A stretch of DNA of 64,000 nucleotides from Azolla caroliniana (taxonomy: Eukaryota; Plantae; Polypodiophyta): assembly GCA_043228905.1 (NCBI GenBank), contig JBHGNT010000005.1, forward strand, positions 15,686,001-15,750,000, written 5' to 3'. A program made the translations under genes and the position numbers. The notes under the pieces were generated by a model. That model worked only from the letters and a program-made list of their open reading frames with translations. It had not been told where the DNA came from and ran no database searches. Positions 47,558 to 61,502 of this stretch are shown here, one piece after another (positions within the stretch are counted from its first letter, which is position 1; each line of letters opens with the position of its first letter).

Positions 47558-47973
47558 AGAGAGAGAGAGAGAGATTAATGTGTATAACAAGGACAAATAT
47601 GTATATTAGAAAAGGAATATACAATGAACCAACGCTTTAAAAAAGGTGAGAAAGTTGCATAATATAGCATTTTCTCATTAGATTTGTAACCACTCACTCC
47701 ATCAATTTGGGTAGGAGACAGAATATCCTCTTTATGGACTAAAGGAAAAGTGCCTTATAAGGTTATGATAAAGGAATTCCAAGGGAATTACTTCTCTAAT
47801 CACACACATGGTGGACAATTGAGTCACACATGTGTAGCCGCTACTTGTGGGATCACATACACATTGGATTGTTGAGCTTGATATCTCCACAATCATGAGC
47901 ATAATCACGTTGTTCCATCCTAGGGACCAAAAAATAAAGTATTCAAAAGTAATAATCTCAAAATAGATCTTAG

Positions 47974-48205
47974 TGGGTTGAACATGAGAATGCTTTTTAT
48001 CACACATCATAAAGGGAGCAAGAAAATTAAGCTCTCAAAACTAATATCCTCAAAGTAGAGAACAATAATAAACTCCAAAAATGTTGGAAGACTAAATTTG
48101 TGTGGGTTAAACATGAGAATGCTTTTTATCACACATCATAACATAAGTAGAACAAGGAAATGAAGTCCTCTAACCTCAAAGTAGAGAACAACAATAATCT
48201 CCAAG
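47974..48205. repeat. Imperfect tandem duplication of about 130 bp
   Basis: 'tgggtt(g/a)aacatgagaatgctttttatcacacatcataa...cctcaaagtagagaacaa' occurs twice. Confidence 0.8.
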
Positions 48206-49277
48206 GTTAGTTGGGGAAGATAAATGTTTCAATCGTTATTGGCTCAAAGGATTTCATACACATTGAATAAAGTGATAACTTCAACCAATGATTGGAGATA
48301 GATAAATGCCAATACCATGAAAATTTTGGCGTGCATTATTTACATACTTTATAATGAGGGGTTAGAATCACTAAAAAATGATGGTATTCCATAATATTAT
48401 CCTATAACAAAGAGGTAAGAACATTGGTTCTTCAAGTATGAGCTTTGCCCGGCTTTGCAAAGTATTGGAACATAATGCTCGGTATGGCATCAACAAATTA
48501 CTAAAAGACAAAGTCCTACATTGCTGAACAGTAGGGACTCTCAAAACAAGAAACCCATACTTATCAGTCCGCATCCATGATACCATGATACCATTCCCAT
48601 TGCCAAAACCATCATCGATGTGCTTAGTTAAATCGATAGATTGTACAAATCATCATGAAAAAGCTAACAATTTCAGTTCCAGTTAGTTGCAATTAATTTA
48701 CTTGTAAAAATATAGATGTTTCTCATGATCTATTGCATCAAGCTATAAGGTCATACTTTAACTAACTGATCATCACAATATCTAGGTCAACTAGATGAGC
48801 AGAGTTTGAGCTGTAATCTTTCATGAGTATCTCAAAGATGATACTCATCACATCACAAGGATGACATATATAGTAATATTGTACCCTTATTGATCACTTC
48901 CATTAGAGAAGCACCTTTGGTGGTTCCTAGCTACAAAAACTCGAGAGACTGAATAATAATTTGATGTTTACAAATATGAGGACAACCAAGGTCCTCCGAA
49001 CCAATGTTCGTTGTTTACCCCACGTTCCTTCGCAATATACCATACATAAAATGTACTATACATCAAATGAACAAGTGAAGCTCCATACCATGCTAGTAGT
49101 GGACTCAAACAAACTTCCTATGTGAAGAATTAATGGTGGTGAAGCCGTTTGGTTATTTATCCATAAAAGGGTGGCCTTGCCTCTATGAGAGAATAAACTG
49201 GTTCAGTTATATAAACCCTCCCCATCCCCAAAATGCTCCATCAAGAAAGTGATAACATCTATTTACGACCCTCACTC

Positions 49278-52200
49278 CTATTTTTTTATGAAAGAATAAA
49301 CTTGTATACCCCCCTCCACAAGCTTCCACATGCTACTCGAAATCAGCAAACAAAAGATACCACACATCATGACAATAAAAGCTAGCACAAAGTACCCAAC
49401 ACTAGATCCATTTTCATTATCCCTTTGAGCAGCATTAATAGAGAAGGATCTCACAAGCTTTTGCTTCTTCTTGACACTTTGTGAACTCAGGTCCGCCGTT
49501 TCTTCACTAGTAGATCCTTTTGATGATGTGGATTTTGGGGACAAATCAGCGGCTGAAGCTGGAAATGCAGGAAGACCTTCCAGGTACTTGAGGACAAGAT
49601 TCATTCCTTTCCTTTGTTGTGCTGGGAACATATCAACTTCTTCTATACTTTCTTCACTAATTTTTCCATCATTTGATATGCTGTGATTTTGGTTTTGATA
49701 TGATGCCAAAGAACTCATATCAGAAACAATATTACCGGTGTTGTTTTTCAGATGGTTCTCCATGTCAACGTCTTCAAACAATTGAGGGGTGTCAAAATAT
49801 TGCATATCATCCGATAAAATGACAGATTCAAACAACTTTCTTTGCATGTTTTCATCTAACCCCGCGTTGGATGATCCATTTTCTTCAGCATAAAACACAT
49901 TGAGTGGCTCGAAAAACTCAAGAATTTGATCATATTCGGACTCCCCAACCATAGGGAACTGGCTAAGTGTAGCATTTTCTGCTGTTCAAATATAAGCAAA
50001 TCATCGGTACAAGAATCTCTCAAAGTAGACTCCTCAGAAATCATGTCTATATATCTATATATACCTGCCGACAGTAGTGTACTTTCCACCACCTCCAGAC
50101 CATTAGATTGAAGATGGAAGTTTTGGTGATAATCAACCACATCAAGTATTCCCACCTGAAATTTTAAATTTGTCAAAAATGTTAAGAATATGCCTGCTCA
50201 AATTTTCACAGTTCCTCCAAGAGAAAGGAACTATAGTATATTTTCTCTGTATTCTATTAGATAACTGTTTTTTAAACTTCTATCGGAGAAACTCAAAACT
50301 CAGTAGTGCATTCGTTAATAACAGGATTAATACACAATTGATACGAGCTGTATTCTCCTGTGACATATCATTATAGTGTGCAATCCCGTTCAGATAGCAA
50401 CAACTGCAACAATCACCTCTTACTGACCACAAGTTCTATTCGCAATGACTTTTCAATCCGAATGATTATTTACAGCTCAAGATGACGACCAAGGATGAGT
50501 TAGATTCTGGTATCACTTTAGGCAGAATAGTTACATGCTAAAGAGCATACATAATAGATCTGCAAATTATAACCTCATTAGCTGGAAATAATCTTAGAAT
50601 TGCTCAGAGAAAATGGTATGCATATAAATGTTATTGATCGCATGAGCTTTTTCTGCATTAAAAATATGAGAATTATGGAAACCCAAATAAACAAGTTGTA
50701 AAGAAATTAAAACAAGAAAAAAAAAACACATCTGTATAAAAAAAATCATTTATTAAAATAAAAAAAAGAGTAACATAGAGAGCGCGATGAAGAAGAAACA
50801 AACCACAGAGATATTCATCATAAGAAAATCAGATTACATGAGAAATCCACTATCAGAAGGCACTCCAAATTTATACACCTTGTACACGTCCATGTCAAGA
50901 AGCGTAGATAATTATCTGGTCTCTATTACATGCACTTCATAACTCACACTCAAATTTGTGAGTGCAATAAGAGTATATGCCAGTTGATATGTCACAATCA
51001 CATCAAGTAAACATACCGAGAGGCCATCAATCATTTCACGAATGAGTATACTCCATCAAGTTATTAACATAATAGAAAAAGTATTTCCAAGGAGTATCCA
51101 TAAATTATGCACAATCACATATTTTTTAACCATATGTTCAAGTAAGAATGAGTCAAGAAATTGTGAAGAAACAAAAGGAGAGAAACTGGAGTTTTCAGTT
51201 CCTCATCTCTATAATTTTACATAGTCGAACAGTAGAAATTTCATACACAATTTAGGGAAGTTCAAATTTTCTTCATGAGTCAATAAATACGGGAATATGC
51301 TGCATTCTATATTGATGTTTGCATATGAAGTATGCGTAGAGGTTAGAACATTCCTGCTACAGAAGAAGCATATATGTTTAAATATACACATAGCTTGTAT
51401 AAGAAGACAGACAGGCATTGCTAGCAACATGTACATACTTCGCCTCTGCGATACATAGCACTGCGAAGCTTTTTGAAAGCTAAAATTATCAGTGCATTAG
51501 TTACACTCTCTCCCACTCCCATCACACAACTATGATCCCATGCATCCAAAAGTGCACAATGGAATGGTGAAAGAGATAATAGAACATAGAAAATGCAGCA
51601 GACAGAGGAAACGAGTGAAATAAGGTGTTCACAATCAAAACCCCCAAAGAATGAAGGAGGTGATTTTCAACAATGTTTGACCAGTATCTCAATTCAGGCG
51701 TCTTGCTGGTGCATTTACCCATCTTCATTATGTCTCTCAGCTCTTTTTTCTTCTGAAATTCTCTGTTGTTATGACAGGTTTTGCCATATTTTTACCCTAT
51801 TCTGCGAAAGGTTAAAACTACAATAAAAACAAAGGCTGTTGCCATTTTACAAAAAATATGTACGTCTTCTCGTAACCCTTTTCACATTACATACATAAGT
51901 TATCTCATTCTCAACATTCTAATGTCCCGCCACCATGATGGTGTTGTTTCAATGTTAAAACCAAACGAAACAGCGCTTCACTTTGTATGTTTTTGACATA
52001 TCTGAATGCCATGAGCCACCATTTCTCTACAATACTATGTTTTCCTTTTTGGATGATAATATTAATAGTTTTTCCTTCACGTTCCTAATACTGTATTTAT
52101 TTTTTTTGCTTGAATGACACCTACATACGGGTCAAAGGTCACATTCTTTAAAATGGAATTGTGTCCATCATAAGTGCTTATAGAAGATTCCTCATTGCCA

Positions 52201-54331
52201 CACTCCAATTGACTTGTATGGTTCTTACCTTGTCTCTTGTTCTATTAATTATGATCATCTGATTATCTATTTCGCCTCTTTTGTCAACCATAAAAAATCA
52301 ACTTATAAGGTGGAGTTTTCATGGATATATTAAAAGTCTCTCATACACATGATATGAACTCCTGGGATGTGAATTTAAAGACCATCGCATACATATAGGG
52401 AAGTTAAGTCAAAAGTTCGAAAGCATAAGTGATTAGAACTTCTCGATTATAAGGTGGAGTTTTCATGGATATATTAAAAGTCTCTCATACACATGATATG
52501 AACTCCTGGGATGTGAATTTAAAGACCTTAGCATACATATCAAGTAGTTAAGTCAAAAGTTCGAAAGCATAAGTGATTAGTACTTCTCAGTTATAAGCAT
52601 GAAAAGTCTTAATAATTACTAAAGAATAAATAATCCTTCAGAATTCTGGCAGAAATAATACAAAAACAAAATTTTGGTTCTGTTACTATAAATGTTTGCA
52701 AATCACCCATTCTATTTTGCATAATCTTGAATAGGAAGAGGGTATTGTTGAGAGTTACCTCTGGTGTGTTCTGTATTATATCGTCTCGTTGAAGTACATT
52801 AAACACCACTGATTCTGGATCTTGAGGCAGATCAGAATTTGTTAATACTGAAGTATCCTCGTATTTTACACCATTCTCATCATCGCAAACTGGGAAAAGG
52901 TCATCCAACTCTAAAAAGTCTCCATTATTTGGTCTATCTAAACCAGCTTGTAGACCTACATTGCTGGTATCACAAGTTCCGCTAGCTACAAGCTCATAGA
53001 GCTCTCGAAGAATACTCTCCTCTGATTCAGTAGAACTAGGAACCACAAAACCTCTACTTCTTGTGATAGTGTCTTCCATGCAAGACTCATGTCCCAATAC
53101 AGCAGTGCTCGATGAATCGGCACACTTGATGAAAAAAGAGTACAATGAAACTCAGAATAAACTCGGGCAAGAAAACACTATCATATCAAAGAATGAAATA
53201 CAATTTTAACTTTAATTACCTTCCCACTAGGATTATCGTGTGTCACCAATGGTTTCATTTTTATCATATTCTCTCCTTGAGAAACCATATGATTTCCATG
53301 GAGATTATCGAAAACGCTTTCCAATAAACTGGTTTTAGAATCAACAGGATGATCTTCTCTTTCGAATCCATCCCTATCATCATCATCTTCTTCTTCCTCA
53401 ACAGGTGCACCATATTGCTCTCCATTTCTAGGTCCAGGACCGCTCTTTTGATAAATTCGACAAAGCACATAGCCATTCTGTTGAAAAAGAAATATGCATC
53501 CATGAACAAAGAATCACTGAGAAGGAAATCCATGCTTATATTCAAAACAAGTACATAGCCATTTATAAAGAAAGAAACACAAAATTCATGAACAACGAAA
53601 CGCTTGAAATCCAACAAAGTACATAGCATTTCTGTAGCACAAGAAATAAGAAACCCCCAAATAAAGGATTTGCTCAAAAGAAAAAGCATGCATTAACATA
53701 ACAAATCCGTTTCGTTGATATCAAAACTTCACCTGAAAAGTATGTAATCTTTCACATTCCTCATCATCAAGCCGATATTCATGCATTACCCAATTTGTTC
53801 TTTCACCTCTGGGTGCTCTTCCATTATAGTAAACTAAAGTTTTCTTCATTCCCACAGTCTTTGAGCCTGAATTTATGGACCTATCCTTTCCAGTTGCTTT
53901 CCAATAACCTTTCTCTGTAGCCCTGTTTGCACGAGAACCATTCGCATACTTCCTATCTCGAGGATTAAAGAAATACCATTCCTTGTCTCTAGTCTGTAGA
54001 AGAGATTTATCTGAAGACAGCAAACATACACAAAAACAGAATTTACGTCCATATTCATTTTATTCAAATATCAACAGTGAAGAAAACACTAATTGGCAAA
54101 AAGGAATTTCATATACGAATAGATTCCTCTTCCACTTTTCCTTGTTAAAAACGAACCACAAAGATGAGGAGCAATACCTGGAAGATCCCATGGGTCGTAT
54201 TTATAAAGATCGATCTCTCCGATTGCATCAAATTCTATTCTTTTACCACAGATTTTCCTCTTAAGGTAATAGCTAATAAGCTCTTCATCAGTGGGGTGAA
54301 ATCGGAATCCAGGTGGAAGCTGAAACTTCAT
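49278..54331 (-). CDS. Membrane-tethered NAC transcription factor (NTL; ANAC017/ANAC078-like), about 615 aa. Coding exons: 54331-54178, 54010-53733, 53477-53220, 53124-52759, 50155-50065, 49978-49278
   Basis: NAC subdomains '[19 protein letters not shown]', 'EWYFF...[14 protein letters not shown]', '[27 protein letters not shown]' and '[15 protein letters not shown]'. A late '[12 protein letters not shown]' motif precedes the C-terminal hydrophobic helix '[18 protein letters not shown]'. All introns are GT-AG and the exon lengths sum to 1848 nt in frame. Exons 4-6 are less certain. Confidence 0.9.
52303..52597. repeat. 2 x 144-bp tandem duplication in NAC intron 4
   Basis: 'ttataaggtggagttttcatgg...' starts at 52303 and 52447, with a third start 'ttataag' at 52591. 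Confidence 0.95.
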
Positions 54332-55003
54332 CACAAGTTTTCTTCTATCACAAAATATGAGGCGTTTTATAGTAGATGCGCTTTTAACACTGGGGAAATT
54401 GAAAACCTTAAAAAAAAAAAAACGAAGCTCCTGCTGAAGGTGAAGATAATAAAATCGAATTCTGATGAATGAAGCCCTGCTCAGTGAAACAATTGAAGGG
54501 ATTTGGCTGGAACCTAATGGATCTCTGATGGATCAGAGAAATCCATTGATAGAATTAAATTAAGCAGCACCCAAAAAAGAAAAACCCACGGCCCCCAAGA
54601 GAAATCTCAATGAGCAACAAAAACCCTGATCTCAGCAAAATGAAGAAGGAGATAAAGAAATGAGGGTAAAGATTACCCGAAAATCAGAGTCTCCCTTCTT
54701 CTTTTTGTTTCAGAGATAAAATAGTGAAGAGAGGCGTCTTTCCTTCTTTTAAGTATTAAATATGATTGAGAGAGAGAGAGAGTGAATGATTGTTACCTTT
54801 TTGCTTATGTTTCTTCGGTTGTGTGATTGGCGGGGTCCAATGATTCGACAACATAAAAATCAAGAATATTTATCTGTGGACTTTAGAAGAAGAAAGGAAA
54901 TGGAGGTGTTCCCTTTGCATTTGATCTCTAATCTCTCTCTCTCAATGAATCAAAAGTAGCTGACCTTGTCTTTTCCATGCCTTTCCTTCATCATGTACAC
55001 TTG

Positions 55004-55091
55004 CACACACACACACACACACACATAATACATACATATACATACATACATACATTCATTCATTCATTCATTCATTCATTCATTCATTCAT
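55004..55091. repeat. Compound microsatellite (CA)n-(CATA)n-(CATT)n upstream of the NAC gene
   Basis: Read directly from the sequence. Confidence 0.9.
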
Positions 55092-57312
55092 GATACACAC
55101 ACTCTACTTCTACTACTAGTACATATCTCCACCTCCCATCTTTGAGAGAAAGAAAGAAAGACATATTAATGTATGCCTTCTCTGACCAAAATTGGCCCAT
55201 CAAACAATCGGTTTACAACAAAAATGGGGTGTTTACCCAATCGTCGAAAATAAATAATAAAATAAGAGAGTGAAAAAGAGAGAGAGAGAGAGAGAGAGAT
55301 CCCAAGAATTTGACCAGAAGAGTATCCTCTCTCGCAATTTGACGTAGTAGTACTCCAGGGTTGGATGGCGATGGCGACATCCTACGACAGTTTTTGGCGG
55401 GGCATCGAATCACTTACTTATTCACTTGGTGTCATTTCGGTCCGATGTTCCATGTCATTTCGCACTTGGTTTTCCAATCCCATGATGTACACTTGAACTC
55501 ATCATGGCTTCAATTTTGACCATCTCCTTTCTTTGTACATATGTATACCCGATCCAACATGAGACTTTTTCAAACCACGATTTTACTACCGGTACCACTC
55601 GATCATCATACATTTGCTTGCATGCCCAACATGTTGGAAACCACTTCGAATGTGCTCCCGAATCATAAAATTTGATTGATTCATGTGACAATGAAAGTAC
55701 TTGGATTTTCTTTTTGTTTATATCTAGGTTTGAAGAAATTGCGCCTCCCATATCATGCATGATGTAACTACTGCATTGGACTGGACCGAGTCATTGATTA
55801 GTTTAGGAAAAGCACTCATATATATTTTCATACATGGTTTGCCTTGTTTGATCGAACATCAACTATGTAACTTTTTCAGTCTCACAATGGGTCATTGTAA
55901 GTTTCCTGATAGCAATAGGAAACATAAGTAACTCATAAACAAATGGTGAATGATCCAAATGCCTTATGGTTTACATATTGATCCATCTTATTCAAAACTA
56001 CGAACTACCCACGAACAAGAGTAGATGGTGTCACTACTATCAGGTTCTCTTTGAAAGAGTGAAGTGTAAGACACCTTTACATGTCATCAAAAGTTGATGC
56101 ACCAATGTGAATTTTGGTTGCATTATCACACTTTGTAACATTCACATCAATGCCTTCATTTCCTCTATCTCCATCTTCCCTTGTAAGGGTCGTATTCATT
56201 TGTAAAACATTGATGATATATAGTCCTAGATTACTACACGCCCTTTAGAGAATGGACATAATATTGGAAAATAGACACGGCTTTAGTATAACATCTTCCC
56301 CATGGCATACGATTATTGTTTTCCTTATCTATCTATCCCTTTATTTTGACTTGGACCGATACTCCTTGTATTGAAAAAGCAATTTGTTACGGTGACTAGG
56401 TATAGTATTTCCCTTCTGGAAAATATAGGAGTTTCTATTTCCCTTTTCCCAAATATATGTTATGATTTAAAATATTTTTATACCTTGGAGATTCATTTCA
56501 CAACATGTGTCCACAACGATATAGGAGTGAAAGATTGTACGCCCCTGGCATTCCTTTTACTCCAACTGTTTCATGTTATCAAAATGCAAACTTTCACCAT
56601 TTTGTTTTGTCTACTTAATATTTTATTAGTTCAATCTAAAACACGTGGGTCAAAGCTTGTCTAAGGCCCTACCCACATGTTAATGATATGTATTTGGACT
56701 TGTGTTTTAGTTGATATAGGATATCACACATTAAAATAAAAAAAAACATGCTTAACATCCTTCTCCACTTCTTCCATATGGTTTATCTTCCCTTTTCCTC
56801 TTATAACTTATCCTTCATTGAGTGAATATAAATTTTATTTTACCAATACCTCAAATAGTTCTCCATTTCCTGCACATATTCTAGTGTTCCTTTTCATCTT
56901 AGTAATCCTTCATTGATATGAATACCCAATGTTTTTTAATAATATCCCCATCATCATAAATTTATATGGCGTGCCCACAATCAATTATCTCCCAATAAAT
57001 AGTTTTATAATTACCCTAAAATCAAAGAGATAGATCGACAAACTTTTAGAAATAGGGATAGAGATGGTTGCTTTTTACATCTGAATGTACTACTCTTCAA
57101 CCATTGGGGATGACATTGACAAATGATACGCCTTCTCCCATTCAAAGCGTTTTTTCTCAACTTGGTCGGCACTTGCATTCCTTGGTTTTGGCACGAGAAG
57201 TCCATTGTATGGTTCCACAATGACATGAAGGGTTCTAGAACCTCAATGTTATGTTAGCACCAAGTGGTCAAGCATCATCCCTGTGTGTACAACTTGGGTT
57301 AAAATTTAATAT

Positions 57313-60300
57313 TGTGAATGTTAATGTGCGGAAGCGTCAGACAAAACCGGCTCAGCCGGATAGCAACAGAAAATGAGATGAAGGTTTAATGGAAAAGCTT
57401 AACACACACAGGAGACAGAGAGAGCAGAACAACTATATTCAAAAAATTAACTCTAAAACTCTGTACATACAATGTGCTAAACAACACTATTTATACAAGT
57501 TTGTAAAGTACTGACAGGTACTTCAATGCTCACACGTGCGATTGACACTAACTAGGAGACAATGATTACCTAGTAGTCTAGGCTACCTAGTCATCTAGGC
57601 TACTACTAGGCTTCCGGTTCCCGCTCGAATCCGGCTCTCCGATCCGGCTCCCCGATCCGGCCAGTTGTTTCCGAATATTGATCCGGCTCATCCTTCCGGA
57701 TGCCAATCCAACTCAGGCTTATTTAGCCGATTCGGGTATGGATGAGCTTGCTCGCTCAACACTCCCCCTCAAGCTCAACTTGAGGTCGGATTGTGGTGTT
57801 AGTGTCTGTGGCAGCCGGTTCTTCTACCCGACTCCTTCTGGCGTTGCTCCGCCTCGCTTGCGTTCCTCGTCCGGTCCGGTCTTGTTTGTTGCAACCCTTC
57901 TGGTTCTGTGCACCTCGACCTCCTCGGTCAGCTTGTCTGCTCAACAAGCCCATTTCAGCTCCCTCGTTGTTGCGACTCCGGCGCTTGTCGACCCATCGGT
58001 TCCTTCGTGTTGGCATCGACTTCCGCTGTATCTGTGCCCGCTTGGCCTTTAGTTGATCCGGCTTCTCCGAATCTTGAACTGAATCGGTTTCCTTCGATTC
58101 ATTCTAGCTCTTGTCTGAGTCGGTGTTCTCCAACTCGTCTTCCGGTTTTAGGCCCTTCACCACACCGGACCACGTCCGAGTCTTGGCCATTTTCTTCCGG
58201 TCGGCTCTGTCCTTCTTGTTGAGAAGCAAGCTCAACATGATATGTGATGCTTATTGGGAAATAAGCTATAGTAGCTATTTAGCTACTTGTGAACATAAAG
58301 GAGAAACAACTAATTAGCTACTAACAGCTAATTAGCTACTGACAGCTATTTAGCGACTGATAGCTAATTAGCTGCATATGTAAGTAACTTATTACTTAGG
58401 TAAAAAGTAAGAGAGTAGGTAAGTGAGAAATATACAGGAAGTAGAACTCTGAGAGAGAGAGTGAGGATAGAGAGGAAGAACTCAGAGAGTGAGAGTAGAA
58501 GAGAGAAACAGACGAGAGCAAGTAGAGCTCTGCGTGTAATGAAATAGAAGAAGTTTTGGTTGCTACAGAGGTAAGTCTCCTTCCCCCTTCCCTTCTGTGT
58601 TTGAGCACCAAACGATCTAGCACACCACGATCCGCCGCACACATAAGAAGAGCCCGAGTGCCTCCTTCACGTTTTCTTAACATGGTATCAGAGCGAGTTG
58701 CTCATAAAGAAGAGTACAGAAGTGCATAGATTTGAGAAAGGTATTTCTCTGTTTGCTGATCTGAATAAGAAAGTTACTTGTTGAAGTAATCGTAGCAGAA
58801 ACCGCAGGTCTTGCAGCAGTCGCCGAAGCCAGATGGCTTTAGCAGTGGCATTGGTAGCGCCCCTGTATTTAGCCTCAGTGCTTGATAGAGCCACTTGTTG
58901 GCTGCTTTTTGCTACTCCACGCAACAACCATGCTACCTAGAGAAAACATGTAACCGGAGGTGGATCGGCGATCCGATGCATCACCGGCCCAGTCGGCATC
59001 TGTATATCCGACTAGTGCTTCGGTTATACCATGCCGGTATAACAGTCCCCGGTCCTTTGTGACGCTCACATACCAGAGTATCCGGTGTGCGCACTGAAGG
59101 TGCTCGACGGTCGGCTTTTACATGAACTGGCTGATTACTCCGACCGATTAACTGAGGTCGGGTCGAGTGATTGTCAAGTATATCAGGTGGTAAACGAGGT
59201 CCCATGTGTTGTTGGCATCTAGTGCCCGCATTTCTTCCTCCATAGTGGCATGCCAATTTGCGTCCTTTGCCGCTTCTGCTCTCTAGCTCACGCACTTCTG
59301 CCACCTTAGTCATGAACACATAATGATGCGCCATGTACTCATTGTACCCGTACCGCGTAACGGGGTTCTTCAGGCGGGAAGACCGGCATAACTTGGTATT
59401 ACCCGGTTTGGGGCCCTTCTTGGCCAGGTTGGACTTCGTTCCCGAAGATCCGCCTTCATCCTTTCCGGAGTCGGATTCACTCTGATCCGACTCAACGTTG
59501 TCGGTTCGTATTCTGGCATCTTCTTCTTCCCCTTCTCTTTGTGCGTGAACCGACCCCTCGGTTCCTTTCACAGGGAGAGCACGGAAGAGTTTCCTATACT
59601 CACCGGTTCATCATCCGACTGGTCATCCCGACTCAGCCGCTCATTCGGTCCACTTAGCCGGAATGAGATCGGACTCTCTTCTAGAGTGCCGAAGTCTTCA
59701 TCTTCTACCTGGACCTCGTCCGGCTCATGAGGCTCATCTTCTGGATCGGGTGTTTGTCGGGAGTTGGAGTCGATAAGGAGTACCATGATGCCGTCTCATC
59801 AAACTCAACATCTCGGCTTACTCAGACCTGCTTAGTTTGGGGGTTATAACACTTATACCCGTTCTGCTCATGCGAGTAATTGACTAGAATGCACTTCTCT
59901 AACTTCGGATCCAACTTCCTCCGCTTCTCATCCGGTACATGCACAGATGCTACGCTACCGAATATCCGAAGGTGTCTCAAATTCGGCTTTCGCCCGAAAT
60001 ATAGCTCATGTGTTGACACCTTGCCACCGATCCGGTTTTGGATGTAGACGGCCATCCGGACTGCCTCAACCCAGTAGAATTTGGGCATGCTCTTCTCCTC
60101 CAGCATTGCCCTTGCCGCGTCAACAATTGACCGGTTCTTCGTTTCGGCCACATCGTTTTGCTCCGGTGTGTACCTGCACCTGAATTCTCTCCGAATTCCG
60201 TTTTGCTATAGATAACTATTGAATTGGCCGAAAAAGTATTCTTTCCCGCCATCCGACCGCAGGCACTTGATCTTCCTCTCCGTTTCCTGTTCAACCAAGC

Positions 60301-61502
60301 TTTGAAGGTTCCGAAAACACTCGAAGACTTCGCTCTTCCTCTTGATGAGGTAGATCCACGTGTGCCGGTTGTAGTCGTCGATGAAGGAGACGAAATACCA
60401 ACTCCTGCCAAGACTAACGTTTTGTGTCGGTCCCCATACATCCGAATGGATTAAATCGAGCTTGTTATGGCTCCGGTTTCAATCGGTGGGGAATGGAAGC
60501 CAGTGTTGCTTCCCGAGTTGGCAGGTTTCACAAATTTCAGCCTTCCGACCACTAAATTTGGGCAAACCGAAAACGACTTGTTTCGATTGTAGGTCTTGAA
60601 GCCTCGATAATTGACATGGCCGATCCGCTTGTGCCACAGGTCGATGTCTGATTCAACCTTCTGCCCTTTCGCAAACATAGTGGTGCCGACATCATTAGTG
60701 TTGAGGATAAACATCCTCCCGTCTCTGCGCCCTTGCGCAATTATCCGGCACTCTTCCTCGATGAAGCACCCTAGGTGCGTAAACCACACCTGCATCCCCT
60801 GGTTGACGATTTGCCCAACTGACATCAGGTTCTTTGTGATAGTCGGAATGTGTACTATGTTCATCAGCTTCCCTTTTTGTTCGACATGGCTTAAAGGGAC
60901 TTCTCCGACATGCACAATCAGGTGAGGGGTGTCGTCTCCGGTTTCGACAATCCCTAGTTGTTCCGGTTTCTCCAAACAAGAGAACCACTCTTCATGGCTC
61001 ATCATGTGGTTGGACGCTCCGGAATCAACGTACCATACTTCCTCCGATCCAGAAGTAGTCTTCTTCATCAAGTTAGCCTTGTGCTTCATCACGAAGGCTG
61101 GCCCTTTACCAGTTTTCCCGGTTCTGGATCCTTCCACGTAGTGCGAGCTTTGCCGGTTCTCCGGATTCGGATTTGCCTGAATCGGCTCGCTTTCCCTGTG
61201 GCCCATTTTTCCACAATACCAGCATTTCGTGTCGGCCTTTCCTTGCCGGTTCCCGTTGCCGCTTTGACTCCCCCTGCTTGTGGAGGGTTCAAAACTGTTG
61301 TCGGCACAACCTTTGTGCCTCCGGTCCTGCTCTTGTTGGCCGCCTCCATTGTGTGCCGACCCACCTCGTCCACCATGTCCATGGGGCTGATCTGTCTCCG
61401 TGTACAACATCCGACCTTCTGATTGAGTGGTCCTTGACCCATTCGCGTGGTTTTCTTCAACCATCAGCATCGATTGCAAGTTGAAGGACAGTGGTTTCTC
61501 CC
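57313..61502 (-). mobile_element. Element K: Ty1/Copia related to J, most of RT deleted, gag interrupted by L at 61503
   Basis: 3' LTR 57313-57761 with PPT at 57762-57772. It has the same 'PQVELEGEC' tail as J. RNase H about 58790-59070, INT 59822-60441, PR 'WYVDSGASNHM' in 60451..61542. Confidence 0.9.
58217..58780 (+). mobile_element. Truncated Copia: single LTR (58217-58682) plus iMet PBS (58683-58694), inserted in opposite orientation in K
   Basis: TGTTGAG...TTAACA is followed by TGGTATCAGAGC. The internal sequence is lost after about 90 bp. Confidence 0.8.

Noticed and set aside
54390-54680. 5' UTR intron of the NAC gene
   Set aside because: A plausible donor lies near 54676, but there are two competing acceptors. 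It cannot be resolved without transcripts.
55330-57240. Possible decayed DNA-transposon or host coding sequence (ORFs 55455..55760 and 57011..57226)
   Set aside because: No recognisable motif or terminal repeats, so it cannot be supported without a search.
57255-57306. Fourth tRNA-like A/B pair (TAGCACCAAGTGG ... GGTTAAAATT)
   Set aside because: The B box lacks the invariant TTC and I cannot place it in a defined element.
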